64,000 bases of DNA, from NCBI GenBank assembly GCA_963809895.1, contig CAWELD010000010.1, positions 1,152,001-1,216,000 on the forward strand. The letters are read 5' to 3'. Position 1 is the first letter of the stretch, and each line of letters begins with the position of its first letter. The notes below the pieces were generated by a model. The model did no database searches. It saw nothing but the letters and a program-made list of their open reading frames with translations, and was not told the DNA's origin. Shown here one piece after another: positions 49,044-58,970 of this stretch. The translations under genes were made by a program, and so were the position numbers. The DNA is from an uncultured Gemmatimonadales bacterium (GTDB lineage: Bacteria > Gemmatimonadota > Gemmatimonadetes > Longimicrobiales > Gaopeijiaceae).

Positions 49044-50138
49044 ATGCACCGATCCGACTCCCACACCGATGGGCGCCGCAGGAGCGCCCGCGCCGCCGCG
49101 AAGTTCCTCGCTCTGGCGGTGGGATTCCTACTCCTGCCGGCGGCCGTATCTCCCGTGGGAGCCGGCATGCGGGCCGCGCCGGTTCCGACCGCGCACCCTG
49201 CATCCGCTCCGGTGACCAGCCTGCTCGATCCAGCGCTGGAGCCCGTGCGCGGAAGGAGCGCCCCGGACGGTCCCTACCGGGCTGACATGGCCGCGTTCAT
49301 GGTGCGCGTCGGCGGGACCGCCGTGCCTCACGGCGTGCTGGCCGTGACGGTCCTGCCCGGGGGGGCCCTGGACATCGAGGCCGAGGGTGGGGCGTTCGTG
49401 TTGCGCCACGACGCGGGCCGGTTGGAAACCGACAGTCAGGACCATTGGACCTGGCGTGCGCCGACTGCCCCTGGCGTGCACGCGCTGGAGGTGGCACGGG
49501 CCGACGGTTCGGCCAGCGTCCACCTCAACGTGCTGGTTCTGCATCCGCGGAGTCAGGTGAAGGACGGCCGGCTCAACGGGTTCCGCATGGGCGCCTACCG
49601 CGAAGAGCCACTCGACGGCAGGGACGTCTACCTGCCGCCGAAGGGTTTCGTCGAGGTGGCGCACGGCGACGAGGACATTCTGGTCTCGCCGCACTTCACG
49701 CTGGGTCAGTTCCTCTGCAAGCAGGACGGGGAACCGCGCTATCTGGCGCTGAGCACACCCCTGCTCATCAAGCTCGAGGCCGTGCTGGATGCCGCCAACC
49801 GCCGGGGCATCACCACGGGCAGCTTCCACGTCATGTCGGGATTCCGCACACCGTGGTACAACCGGGCCATCGGCAATACCACCAGCTATTCCCGTCATCT
49901 GTGGGGTGACGCCGCCGACATCTACGTGGACGTGGACGGCGACGGCGACATGGACGACCTGGACGGAAACGGACGGCACGACGTGGGCGACGCCCGGGTG
50001 CTGGCCGCCGTCGTGGAGTCGGTGGAGCGGAACGGCGCCGACGGGCTGATGCCCGGAGGACTCGGGATCTACCGGCGCAACGCGGCCCACGGGCCCTTCG
50101 TACACGTCGACGCCCGGGGCTACCAGGCGCGTTGGTAA
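49044..50138 (+). CDS. Peptidase M15A/YcbK-like D-Ala-D-Ala metallopeptidase family protein
   Basis: SPHFTLGQF, MSGFRTP.YN, SRHLWGDAAD, FVHVDARG..ARW. Confidence 0.85.
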   Translation: MHRSDSHTDGRRRSARAAAKFLALAVGFLLLPAAVSPVGAGMRAAPVPTAHPASAPVTSLLDPALEPVRGRSAPDGPYRADMAAFMVRVGGTAVPHGVLAVTVLPGGALDIEAEGGAFVLRHDAGRLETDSQDHWTWRAPTAPGVHALEVARADGSASVHLNVLVLHPRSQVKDGRLNGFRMGAYREEPLDGRDVYLPPKGFVEVAHGDEDILVSPHFTLGQFLCKQDGEPRYLALSTPLLIKLEAVLDAANRRGITTGSFHVMSGFRTPWYNRAIGNTTSYSRHLWGDAADIYVDVDGDGDMDDLDGNGRHDVGDARVLAAVVESVERNGADGLMPGGLGIYRRNAAHGPFVHVDARGYQARW

Positions 50139-50141
50139 CCC

Positions 50142-50435
50142 TCAGCCGGGCTCGCCCGGCTCGTCTTCCGAGGGCCGGAGCTGACGATCGAAGTCGGCTC
50201 CGGCCCTCAGCGTTCGTACCTGGGCGTCGAGCTCGGCCAGTCGACCTTCCATGAGGCGCACGTGCTCCGCGACGTCGCCCGACGGGAGGCGGTCGCTGCG
50301 CTCCCTGTAGGCATCGAGCAATTCCTGCACGAAGGGCCTCAGCACGAAGCGGATCACCAGCCCCGATGTGAGTGCGAACACCGAGAGTCCGAGAAAGGCG
50401 AACCAGATGAGCTCGCCGAGGGCGCGCAGATCCAT
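50142..50435 (-). CDS. Small single-TM coiled-coil hypothetical protein
   Basis: N-terminal hydrophobic helix; RLAELDAQVRTL...DFDRQL. Confidence 0.6.
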   Translation of the reverse strand: MDLRALGELIWFAFLGLSVFALTSGLVIRFVLRPFVQELLDAYRERSDRLPSGDVAEHVRLMEGRLAELDAQVRTLRAGADFDRQLRPSEDEPGEPG

Positions 50436-50572
50436 GTGGCGTCGAGGTTCGAGAAGTGGGCAGCCGTCCCTACGCCCTGGCCGGGCCGATGGTTTCTCCG
50501 AAAGGCTGTTCCGCTGCGCGAAGTGCAGGTAAATTTGAAATTCTACCGCTCGTCGTCTGACGGAGACGTGAC

Positions 50573-51433
50573 TTGCTCCACCCGAACATCCGTGCCGTCC
50601 TCATGCAGCTGGAAGAAGCGACCCACACCCACGGGGCGCTCTTTCTGGTGCGCGAGGGTGACGAGCCCTGGTCCCTCGAGTGGGCTCGCGGCTCCTCCAC
50701 GCTCCTGGGCACGGACGAGGATGGGCTGACGTCCGAGCCCACCGCGTGGTGGTCGGCGGTCCTGGGCGAGGACCGCGAGGGTCTGCGCGCGGACCTGGCG
50801 TCGTCGTGGACCGATCGGGTGGTGGAGTACCGCACCTCGCCGAGTGTCGCCGGCGCCCGGCGGTGGATTCGCGAGTCGCTCCGGCGTGTGCGACTGCCCG
50901 ACGGTCGGACGGTTCTGGTCTCCGTCGCGCGGGACGTGACGCTGGAGCGCGAGGCCGAGCGGTCCGAGGCTTCGCCCGTCGGCGGCGCCACCCACGAGAT
51001 CGGCGCCGGCGCGGGACCGTTGGTGCTCCTGGTGGAGGACGACGAGGCCGTGCGCAGCGTTCTCTCCCGTGTGCTCACCCGGGAGGGCTTCACGACCCTG
51101 CTGGCGGGCAGCGTCACCGAAGCGCTACGGGTCTTCGAGCGTGCCCCCAGAGAGATCGAGCTCCTGGTGTCGGACGTGGTGCTCCCCGACCGGCCGGTGG
51201 CCGAGCTGGCTCGGGCGCTTCGCCGGCGCCGGCCCGATCTGCCGGTTCTCCTCATGTCGGGCTACGGGACCGAGGAGCTGGAGCGCCGGGGCGATCTGCT
51301 TCAGGGGCTCCCACTGCTCCCCAAGCCCTTCACGCCGTCGGAGCTGGTGCGCTCCATGCGCGCCTGTCTCGCCTCCGTCGAACAGAAGGGCGGAGGCGGG
51401 GCTCTCAGCAGCCCCCAGTCGGTGGCGTCCTGA
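50573..51433 (+). CDS. PAS-like + receiver domain response regulator
   Basis: PAC-like WIRES...VARDVT; receiver LLVEDD, LVSDVVLP, LLMSGY, KPF. Start TTG 50573 or ATG 50603. Confidence 0.8.
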   Translation: MLHPNIRAVLMQLEEATHTHGALFLVREGDEPWSLEWARGSSTLLGTDEDGLTSEPTAWWSAVLGEDREGLRADLASSWTDRVVEYRTSPSVAGARRWIRESLRRVRLPDGRTVLVSVARDVTLEREAERSEASPVGGATHEIGAGAGPLVLLVEDDEAVRSVLSRVLTREGFTTLLAGSVTEALRVFERAPREIELLVSDVVLPDRPVAELARALRRRRPDLPVLLMSGYGTEELERRGDLLQGLPLLPKPFTPSELVRSMRACLASVEQKGGGGALSSPQSVAS

Positions 51434-51466
51434 CGGTCGACACCACACGACCGTTCGGGCCGTGGG

Positions 51467-53045
51467 CTACGGAATGGGCGTCCGGGGCATGGTGAGCAGA
51501 GCCGCGTAGAGATCCACCGCGTACCAGAGGTTCGCCAGGCGCAGGTTCTCGTCCGGGGCGTGCTGGTTGTCGTCGTGATTCGCCACCGGGACGATGAGCG
51601 CCGGCTTTCCCATGGTCTGCGTGAAGAGGTAGAGCGGCAGCGAACCGCCCAGCGCCGGCACCAGCAGCAGATCATCGCCGGCCACCACGCGCGCCGCCGC
51701 CACGACCTCCTGCGCCACCGGCGTGTCCATGGGCGTCCGCGCCGCAGGGTAGCCCACGCCGCGAGTCACCTTGACGATCTTGGGATAGCGCAGTCGCGTC
51801 TCCCGATCCGGGTCCTCGCGCACGATGTGGAATCCCTGCCCCCGGATGTGCGCTTCCACGAGATCCAGCATGTGCTCGGGGTCGTTCCCCTTCACGAGCC
51901 GGAGCCCCAACGACGCCTCGGCGGTGGAGGGGATCACGTTCCGCGCCAGCGCACCCACGTTGCCACTGGCCAGCCCCTTCACCGTCAGCGAGGGCAGGAG
52001 CAGGCGCTCCGCCAGTGTTTCCGGCTCGCCCTCGGTGCGGGCCAGGCCCAGCTCCTCCTTGAGTGCGGCGTCGTAGCTCGGCAGCGCGTCCAGCGCGGCG
52101 CGCTCCTGGGGCCCGATGGGGTCGACGGTGTCGTAGAAGCCGTCGATGAGGACCTTGCCCGTGTCGCCGTCCTTCATGCTCGCGAGGAGGTCCGCCAGAA
52201 GCTGGCCGGGCACCGGCGCCCAGTTGCCGTAGTGCCCGCTGTGCAGGGAGCGCATCGGTCCGTAGACGGTGAGGGCCATCCCGGTCACCCCGCGTACGCC
52301 GAAGGTGATCTGGGGACGTCCGCTCTGGTGCACCGGCCCGTCGAAGAAGAGCCACACGTCGATGGGATCCAGGGCGCTCGCGGTGCGCGGCGAGGTAGTC
52401 CCCGAGGTGGCTGGAGCCCGCTTCCTCTTCGCCCTCGAAGAAGAACACCAGGTTCGAGGTGGGGATGATGTCGTGCTCGCGGAACGCGCGCAGCACCGGG
52501 AAGAGCGCGCCCAGGGGGGCCTTGTCGTCGCCGGCAGAGCGGGCGTAGATGCGCCACTCCGGATCGACCTCGTCGCCGTCGGCGGGGAAGGGAATGGGCG
52601 TCGCCCCCTCCTCCATGGACCCGTCGTAGAGCGTGGGTTCCCAGGGGGCGTGGGTCCAGTTCGTGGGATCCGCCGGCTGGCCGTCGTAGTGCACGTAGAG
52701 CCCCAGCGTGCGCGTCGCCCCCGGCACCTTCAACTCACCGAACACGGCCGGTGGCGCGCCGGGCAGCGTCCAGACCTCGGAGCGAACGCCCATCGCCTCG
52801 AGGCGAGCGGCCAGCGTGTCGGCGTTCACCCGTATGCCGACGGAGTCGGACGCCACGTTGGGCAGGGACAGCAGCCGGGCGAACTCCCGCAGCACGGCCG
52901 GCGCGTGGGCCGTCCGGTAGTCCCGGACCGCGTCGACGGCGGCGGCCTGCTGCGCCGAGGCGGGCCGGGGTGCCAGGGCCAGCCCGCACAGCGCGGCCAG
53001 GAGGACGGGCAACCACGAGACGGACGGACGACGTTCCACGGACAT
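51467..53045 (-). CDS. M20/M25/M40 metallopeptidase, with +1 frameshift near 52373
   Basis: N-part HYDGQP, RSAGDDK, EGEEEAGS; C-part LHSGHYGN, NQHAPDEN in another frame. Removing one C from GAGCGCCCTGGAT joins them. Confidence 0.88.
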
Positions 53046-53217
53046 GCTCCGGTGCGAGGAGAATCGAAGGGCCCGGCCACAATACGGATCCGGACGTGGC
53101 GTTTCCAGCGCCCAGGATCACATTCTGGTGGATCCGGCCGGGGTGTGGCAGGGTTTGAAGCGGGTGGCGCGAGCGGTCGTACTCCAGGTACACCTGTCTC
53201 TACGAATCAGCGACGAA

Positions 53218-54213
53218 ATGTATACCACCTGCATGTTCTGCAACCGCGACCTGGGCCGGAACGAGGTCGTCGAGCATTTTCCCGTGGGGCGCCGCCTGGC
53301 GTTCGACGAGGCCAAGGGCCGCCTGTGGGTGGTGTGCCATCGCTGTGAGCGTTGGAACCTCACCCCTCTGGAGGAGCGCTGGGAGGCGGTGGAGGAGTGC
53401 GAGCGGCTGTTCCGCAGCACGCGGCTGCGGGCCTCGACGGAGAACGTGGGGCTGGCCCGGCATCCGGGGGGTGTGGAGCTGGTGCGCATCGGCCAGCCCC
53501 AGCGGCCGGAGTTCGCGGCCTGGCGCTACGGAGACCAGTTCGGGCGCCGTCGCAAGAAGGCCATGCTCTACGGCGCCGGTGCGCTGGTGGTGTTCGGCGG
53601 CGTCATGGTGGGGGGCGTGGCCACCGGCGTCTTCAGCGGGGCGTTCGTCGGCCAGTTCGGGAACTTCTTCAACCTGTGGAAGAACGGGCGCACACTGGTG
53701 CGTCTGCGGACCGACGACGGCGATGTGCTCAAGCTGAAGTACCCGGACCTGGCCAAGACCCGCTTCGTGGAGTCCGACGACGAGCGGGGGTGGGCGCTCA
53801 GGGTGAAGCGGGGCAAGAAGGAGACGGTCTTCGAGGGCGACCAGGCCCAGAAGGCTGCAGGGCTCATCCTGCCCAGGATCAACTCCGCGGGCGGTAGCCA
53901 GAAGCTCGTCCAGGAGGCGGTGTCCCACCTCGAAGAGCTGGGTCATCCGGAGGAGGTCATGCGCCAGGCCACCCACTTCCGGAAGCAGGGACGCCTGGGA
54001 GATCCGACGGGCACGCTGTCCAAGATGCCCAAGCCGACCCGGTTGGCGCTGGAGATGGCGCTCCACGAGGAGCAGGAGATGCGCGCGCTACACGGCGAGC
54101 TGTGGCGTCTGGAGCGCGCCTGGGAAGAAGCGGAGGAGATCGCGGCCATCGCCGACGGCCTCCTGCTCCCCGAAGATACCGAATCCTTCCTCGAGAAGCA
54201 CCGCGAGGACTAG
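53218..54213 (+). CDS. Hypothetical protein with N-terminal Zn-ribbon and a TM segment
   Basis: CMFC...CHRC; central hydrophobic stretch; GC3-biased codons. Confidence 0.75.
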   Translation: MYTTCMFCNRDLGRNEVVEHFPVGRRLAFDEAKGRLWVVCHRCERWNLTPLEERWEAVEECERLFRSTRLRASTENVGLARHPGGVELVRIGQPQRPEFAAWRYGDQFGRRRKKAMLYGAGALVVFGGVMVGGVATGVFSGAFVGQFGNFFNLWKNGRTLVRLRTDDGDVLKLKYPDLAKTRFVESDDERGWALRVKRGKKETVFEGDQAQKAAGLILPRINSAGGSQKLVQEAVSHLEELGHPEEVMRQATHFRKQGRLGDPTGTLSKMPKPTRLALEMALHEEQEMRALHGELWRLERAWEEAEEIAAIADGLLLPEDTESFLEKHRED

Positions 54214-54260
54214 CAGGTCGCGGAAGAAGGGGAGCGCCTCTGCCCGATGGTTCCGGTGGC

Positions 54261-54752
54261 TCAGGCCCCCACGTCGGCCTGCATGAACTGCACGCCCCCG
54301 CCGATCAGACCACCGGCGACGCCGTTTGCCACGCCCACCGCGAGGGGACCCGGCAGGCCCTCCATGAGCGCCCCCGCCCCGAGCGTCAGGCTCAGATAGA
54401 AGACCGCCGAACAGACCAGGAGCCCGTAGAGCGCTCCCGAGACCGCGGTGAGTCGCCAGTGCATGGCGTTGAAGAGGACCACGGCGCCGATGCCCAGGAA
54501 GGCGAAGGTGAGCAGGTGCAGCACGCTGAACGCCACCAGGTTTCCGGCGAACACCGCCATGGCCAGGGCCCCGTCGGGCATGGCCCCGGACATCTGGGTT
54601 CCGCCGGGTCCGAAGAAGGTCCGCCCGAGCGCGGTGGGCGTGGACAGCGGCGCCATGTGCACCACGTCGCCGACGAAAAAGATGGCGGCTACCGCGATCC
54701 CACCCAGGATACCGGCCTCCGCGCCCCACGAGAGTCGCGCGCGCTCTGCCAT
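54261..54752 (-). CDS. Small multi-TM hypothetical membrane protein
   Basis: About four hydrophobic segments; PLSTPTALG, VLHLLTF. Confidence 0.7.
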   Translation of the reverse strand: MAERARLSWGAEAGILGGIAVAAIFFVGDVVHMAPLSTPTALGRTFFGPGGTQMSGAMPDGALAMAVFAGNLVAFSVLHLLTFAFLGIGAVVLFNAMHWRLTAVSGALYGLLVCSAVFYLSLTLGAGALMEGLPGPLAVGVANGVAGGLIGGGVQFMQADVGA

Positions 54753-54804
54753 GATCGGCCTCCGCAACGATGTGATCGCACCTCGGCCCGTCCGCCCGAC
54801 GCCA

Positions 54805-57800
54805 TCATGCGCCGGCGCCCCCCGTCGGGTCAACCTCGTCGAGGGGCAGGCGGGCCTCGCGCACCATGTCCGCCAACTCGCCCCGGGATCCGATGTCGAG
54901 CTTGCGGTAGATGTTGCTCAGGTGGGTGGTGACGGTGCGCGGTGAGATGTCCAGCTCCCTGGCGATCGCTTTGCTGGACCTGCGGTCGGCCACCAGGCGC
55001 GCGATCTCCACCTCGCGGGGTGTGAGCTCGGCGGTGCCCTCGGCTTGCGACCGCGAAGGCGGGCGCGAGCCCAGGTTGCGGAACTGTTCGCGAGCCTTCT
55101 CCAGCTCCGGCGTGGCCCCCAGTTGCCCGAACACGTCGTGGACTCTCCGCAGCTCCGTCAGGGCCGCCTCACGCTCGCCCAGGTCGGCGAGGCAGCCGGC
55201 GAGCTGACGCCGGAGGCGGGCGGCGTCGGGGAGGATGGGGATCTCCTCCAGGCCCTCGGCGGCGGAGCGCATCAGCCCCGCCGCCTCGGCGGGTCGACCG
55301 GAATGCCACGCCACCAGGGCGTCACACGCGTCGGCCCAGGCGATGCCCAGGGTGTGGTTGATCTGATCCGCCTCGCGGCGCATGCGCCTTCCGACCGCGT
55401 GCGCCTTGTCCATGTCCTCCAGGCGGATGGAGGCCTCGCCCAGGATCGGGAGCAGCCGATGAAGGATCCAGATCACGTATCCGCTCTGTTCGGCGAGCCT
55501 GAGCCCGGCCTCGGCCGTGCGCGCCGCGTCCTCGATGTCGCCGCGGAACATCTGTACCGCGGCCCGGCCGATGTGAGCCGGGACCACGGCATGCACGTCC
55601 ATGGGCCCTTCATCGGCATGCTCGGCGCCGGACAGCTCCCAGGCGCGGTCCACCAGGTCCTGCGCACGTTCGTAGCTGCCCCTTCCCAGGTAGATCATGG
55701 CGGTCCACACCAGGAGCCGGACCAGCACCGTGCGCTGGTTGAGGGCGGTGGCCAGGCTGATGCCCCGCTCGCCCTGAGCCAGGCCTCCCTCCCAGTCACC
55801 GGTGGCGTAGGCGTACTCCACCGACAGCTCGGCGACCCACAGCCGCAGCACGGGCGAGCCCAGATCTTCCGCGGCGCTGCGGGCTTCGTCGAGAAGCCGG
55901 GCCATGGACTCGGTATCGCCGGTGAGCCCTTCCAGCGCGGCCAGCGCCCAACGGCCCCAGAACTCCACGTGGAGATCCCCCGACTCGCGGGCGAGGGTGA
56001 CCGCCTTCCAGCCGTGCTTGCGGGCGCGCTCGGGCTGGCCGATCCAGGTGAAGAGGAGTGCCAGGGCCCGGTGGACCCGTCCCAGAAGCATGGGCTCGTC
56101 CAGCGCTTCGGCCAGCTCCAGGGCGCCTTCGATCCGCTGGAGCGCGTCATCGGGCCGTCCCAGCTCCTGGAACGCCACACCGGCGGCCAGTTGGAGACGG
56201 GCCTCCAGCGCGGGTCCGCCCGTGCCCAGCGCTCTCAGTGCCTCGTCGAACTCGCGGATGGCCCCCTCGTGTCGCCCGGACCAGAACTCCAGGAGCGCCA
56301 GGTGGCGATGGGCCTGCGCCAGGGGGGCGCCGCCGTCCTCCCGGCGTGCCGCCAGGACCGAGCGCCACAGCTCTCCGGCCTGGTCGTAGTGACCCAGGCG
56401 TGAGTGCGCCCGGGCCAGATCGATGCGGATGGCCTCGACCCCGGGGACGTCATCCGGGCGTCCGTGACCGTCGTCGGCTCCATCACCGGGGAGCCGGGCC
56501 AGGGCGGCCTCCAGATAGTCCGCGGCCTCACGGTCGGCATGCCGCTCCAGGGCCGAGCGACCGGCCGCCACCAGGTAGCGCGCGGCCCGCGGCTCCTCCT
56601 GGGGCTCGCCGGCGTGCGTGAACTGGTAGGCCAGCTCGTCGGCGTGCTCCAGCGCCGCATCGCCGTAGAGTCGCTCCATCTCCTCGGCGACCCGGCGATG
56701 CAGGTGGCGGAGGCGCGTGAGACTCAGCCGCTGGTAGAGGGTCTCGCGCACCAGGGGGTGGCGGAACTCCAGATAGAGGGATCCCTCCTCGTCACGCTCG
56801 TCCAGGAGCCCGGACGCCACCAGCGCCTCCACGGCGTCGGTGAAGGAATCCCCCGAGAGATCGGTGCATCGCTCCAGCAGCGACAGTCGCGCCCGCGTGC
56901 CCACCACCGCCAGGCCCTCGGCGAGGCCCACGGCGGCGTCGGACAGGCCGCTCAACCGCAGGATCACGGCGTCGCGCACCGTCCCGGGCAGCTCCAGCTC
57001 GCGGGCCTCCCACCCCAGCCATGCACCATCGCGCCGGAAGAGCCGGCCCGATTCCACCAGCGCGTCCAGCGTCTGCTCGATGAAGTAGGGGTTGCCGCGA
57101 GTCCACCCGTAGAGCAGCGACGCGAACTCCCGCACGTGGGGACCCGACACCTCGAACGACTGCTCGAGGAGCGACTCGGTGCCGTGACGGGTCAGCGGGT
57201 GCAGCGGATGGAGGCGGAGGTTGCGGAGCGCCACCAGGGAGCGCTCCATGCGGAGCAGCCGGTCGTTCCCCTGACGGTAGTCGGTGTTGTAGGTGCCCAG
57301 GACCCGGATGGGCTCGCCCTCGATCTGGCGGGTCACGAAATGGAGCAGGGCCAGCGACGACGCGTCGGCCCAGTGCAGATCTTCCAGGATCAGGAGAAGC
57401 GGAGCCCGACCGGCGAGGTTCTTGAGGAACTCCGTCAGATTCCAGAACAAGCGGGTACGCAGCTCCCGTGGGTCGGCGCCGGCGTGGGCCGGCTTCTCGA
57501 CGGGGCCGAGGGCCGGGAACAGGCGGCGTAGCTCGTCTTCGGTGCCCCGGGTGAGAACGGTGAGGGTGGCATCGTCCATGCCTCGCACCACCGGCAGGAG
57601 AGCGTCGGACATGAGCGCGTAGGGCACGCCCGTCTCCACCGGGTAGGCGCGGCCGGCGGCCACCGCCCATCCCCGACGCTCCGCCTCGTGGGCCAGGGTC
57701 CGGGCGAGCCTGGACTTGCCGACGCCGGTCTCGCCGGTGAGCACCACGAAGGGCTCCACCACCCGCTCGTCGCCGAACAGGGTGTAGAGGCTCTCCAGAT

Positions 57801-57861
57801 CGTCGCGCCGTCCCACCAGGGGAAGCTCCCGGGGGAGTCCGGAGGAGTGGCGATCGCTCAT
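54805..57861 (-). CDS. STAND (AAA_16) ATPase-TPR-LuxR transcriptional regulator
   Basis: LVGR, GETGVGKS, LEDLHWAD, GNPYF, FRHPLVRE, C-terminal LTPREVEIA...ISPRTVTTHLSNIYRKL. Confidence 0.93.
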   Translation of the reverse strand: MSDRHSSGLPRELPLVGRRDDLESLYTLFGDERVVEPFVVLTGETGVGKSRLARTLAHEAERRGWAVAAGRAYPVETGVPYALMSDALLPVVRGMDDATLTVLTRGTEDELRRLFPALGPVEKPAHAGADPRELRTRLFWNLTEFLKNLAGRAPLLLILEDLHWADASSLALLHFVTRQIEGEPIRVLGTYNTDYRQGNDRLLRMERSLVALRNLRLHPLHPLTRHGTESLLEQSFEVSGPHVREFASLLYGWTRGNPYFIEQTLDALVESGRLFRRDGAWLGWEARELELPGTVRDAVILRLSGLSDAAVGLAEGLAVVGTRARLSLLERCTDLSGDSFTDAVEALVASGLLDERDEEGSLYLEFRHPLVRETLYQRLSLTRLRHLHRRVAEEMERLYGDAALEHADELAYQFTHAGEPQEEPRAARYLVAAGRSALERHADREAADYLEAALARLPGDGADDGHGRPDDVPGVEAIRIDLARAHSRLGHYDQAGELWRSVLAARREDGGAPLAQAHRHLALLEFWSGRHEGAIREFDEALRALGTGGPALEARLQLAAGVAFQELGRPDDALQRIEGALELAEALDEPMLLGRVHRALALLFTWIGQPERARKHGWKAVTLARESGDLHVEFWGRWALAALEGLTGDTESMARLLDEARSAAEDLGSPVLRLWVAELSVEYAYATGDWEGGLAQGERGISLATALNQRTVLVRLLVWTAMIYLGRGSYERAQDLVDRAWELSGAEHADEGPMDVHAVVPAHIGRAAVQMFRGDIEDAARTAEAGLRLAEQSGYVIWILHRLLPILGEASIRLEDMDKAHAVGRRMRREADQINHTLGIAWADACDALVAWHSGRPAEAAGLMRSAAEGLEEIPILPDAARLRRQLAGCLADLGEREAALTELRRVHDVFGQLGATPELEKAREQFRNLGSRPPSRSQAEGTAELTPREVEIARLVADRRSSKAIARELDISPRTVTTHLSNIYRKLDIGSRGELADMVREARLPLDEVDPTGGAGA

Positions 57862-57933
57862 GGTGTCGTGGCTCCGCTCGGGCTGCGTCGTCGAATGTCA
57901 CAACCGAAGGTCGTGTCTCGCCCAGCCGGCCGA

Positions 57934-57964
57934 ACTACGTACGGATACGTAGGGACTACGTAGG
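57934..57964. promoter_or_regulatory. Three phased TACGTA boxes upstream of the STAND-LuxR gene
   Basis: TACGTA at 57936, 57946 and 57957. Confidence 0.5.
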
Positions 57965-57968
57965 AGCG

Positions 57969-58937
57969 CTACACGCCCTCGAAGAGCGGCGTCGTGATGT
58001 AGCGCTCGGCGAAGGAGGGGATGATCACCACGATCGTCTTGCCCTCCATCTCGTCGCGTGCCGCCACCTCGTAGGCGGCGACCAGCGCCGCGCCGGAAGA
58101 GATGCCGCAGGGGATCCCGTCGAGACGCGCCACCTCGCGCGCCGTGGCGAAGGCGTCTTCGTTCACCACCGCGATGACCTCGTCGATCATGTCGGTGTTG
58201 AGCACCTCGGGCACGAAGCCGGCGCCGATCCCCTGGATCATGTTGCCGGGCCCGGGCTCACCGCCGGACAGCACCGGGCTGGTGGCCGGCTCCACCGCCA
58301 CCACGTGAAGCCCCGGTCGGCGCGGCTTCAGGACCTCGGCGCAGCCCGTGAGCGTGCCCCCGGTGCCGACCCCGGACACGAGCACGTCGACCTCGCCCCC
58401 GGTGTCGTTCCAGATCTCCTCGGCGGTGGTACGCCGGTGCACGTCCGGGTTGGCGGGGTTCTCGAACTGCATGGGCTGCACCGAGCCGGGGATCTCCTCC
58501 AGGAGTCGCTCCGCCGCGTTCAGGGCGCCGTTGATGCCTTCCTCCTTGGGCGTGAGCACCAGCTCCGCCCCCATGAGCCGCATCATCTTCTGGCGCTCGA
58601 TGGACATGGTCTCGGGCATGGTGAGCACGCAGCGGAGCCCCTTGGCCGCGCACACGAAGGCCAGGGCGATGCCCGTGTTGCCCGAGGTGGGCTCCACGAT
58701 GGTGGTGTCGGGTCCGATGCGTCCGTCCCGCTCCAGGGCCTCGATCATGGCCACGCCGATGCGGTCTTTCACGCTGGCCAGCGGGTTGAAGAACTCCAGC
58801 TTGAGGAGCACGTCGGCCCTGGCGCCGCGCGCGGCGCTCAGCCTCGGTGCCCGCACCAGCGGGGTGTCGCCGAAGGTCTCGGTGATGCTGTCGTAGATGC
58901 GGCCGCGGCCGCGCTGGGTCCCGCGCTTGTCACTCAT
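57969..58937 (-). CDS. cysK: Cysteine synthase A
   Basis: KLEFFNP..SVKDRI (PLP Lys), [30 protein letters not shown]. Confidence 0.96.
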   Translation of the reverse strand: MSDKRGTQRGRGRIYDSITETFGDTPLVRAPRLSAARGARADVLLKLEFFNPLASVKDRIGVAMIEALERDGRIGPDTTIVEPTSGNTGIALAFVCAAKGLRCVLTMPETMSIERQKMMRLMGAELVLTPKEEGINGALNAAERLLEEIPGSVQPMQFENPANPDVHRRTTAEEIWNDTGGEVDVLVSGVGTGGTLTGCAEVLKPRRPGLHVVAVEPATSPVLSGGEPGPGNMIQGIGAGFVPEVLNTDMIDEVIAVVNEDAFATAREVARLDGIPCGISSGAALVAAYEVAARDEMEGKTIVVIIPSFAERYITTPLFEGV

Positions 58938-58970
58938 GGTGTCCCCCTCGTGGAGGGTGTGTTGGGGGGT

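Noticed and set aside
37470..52380. Programmed frameshifting at the two broken genes
   Set aside because: No slippery heptamer or long homopolymer at either site, and these families are not known for recoding.
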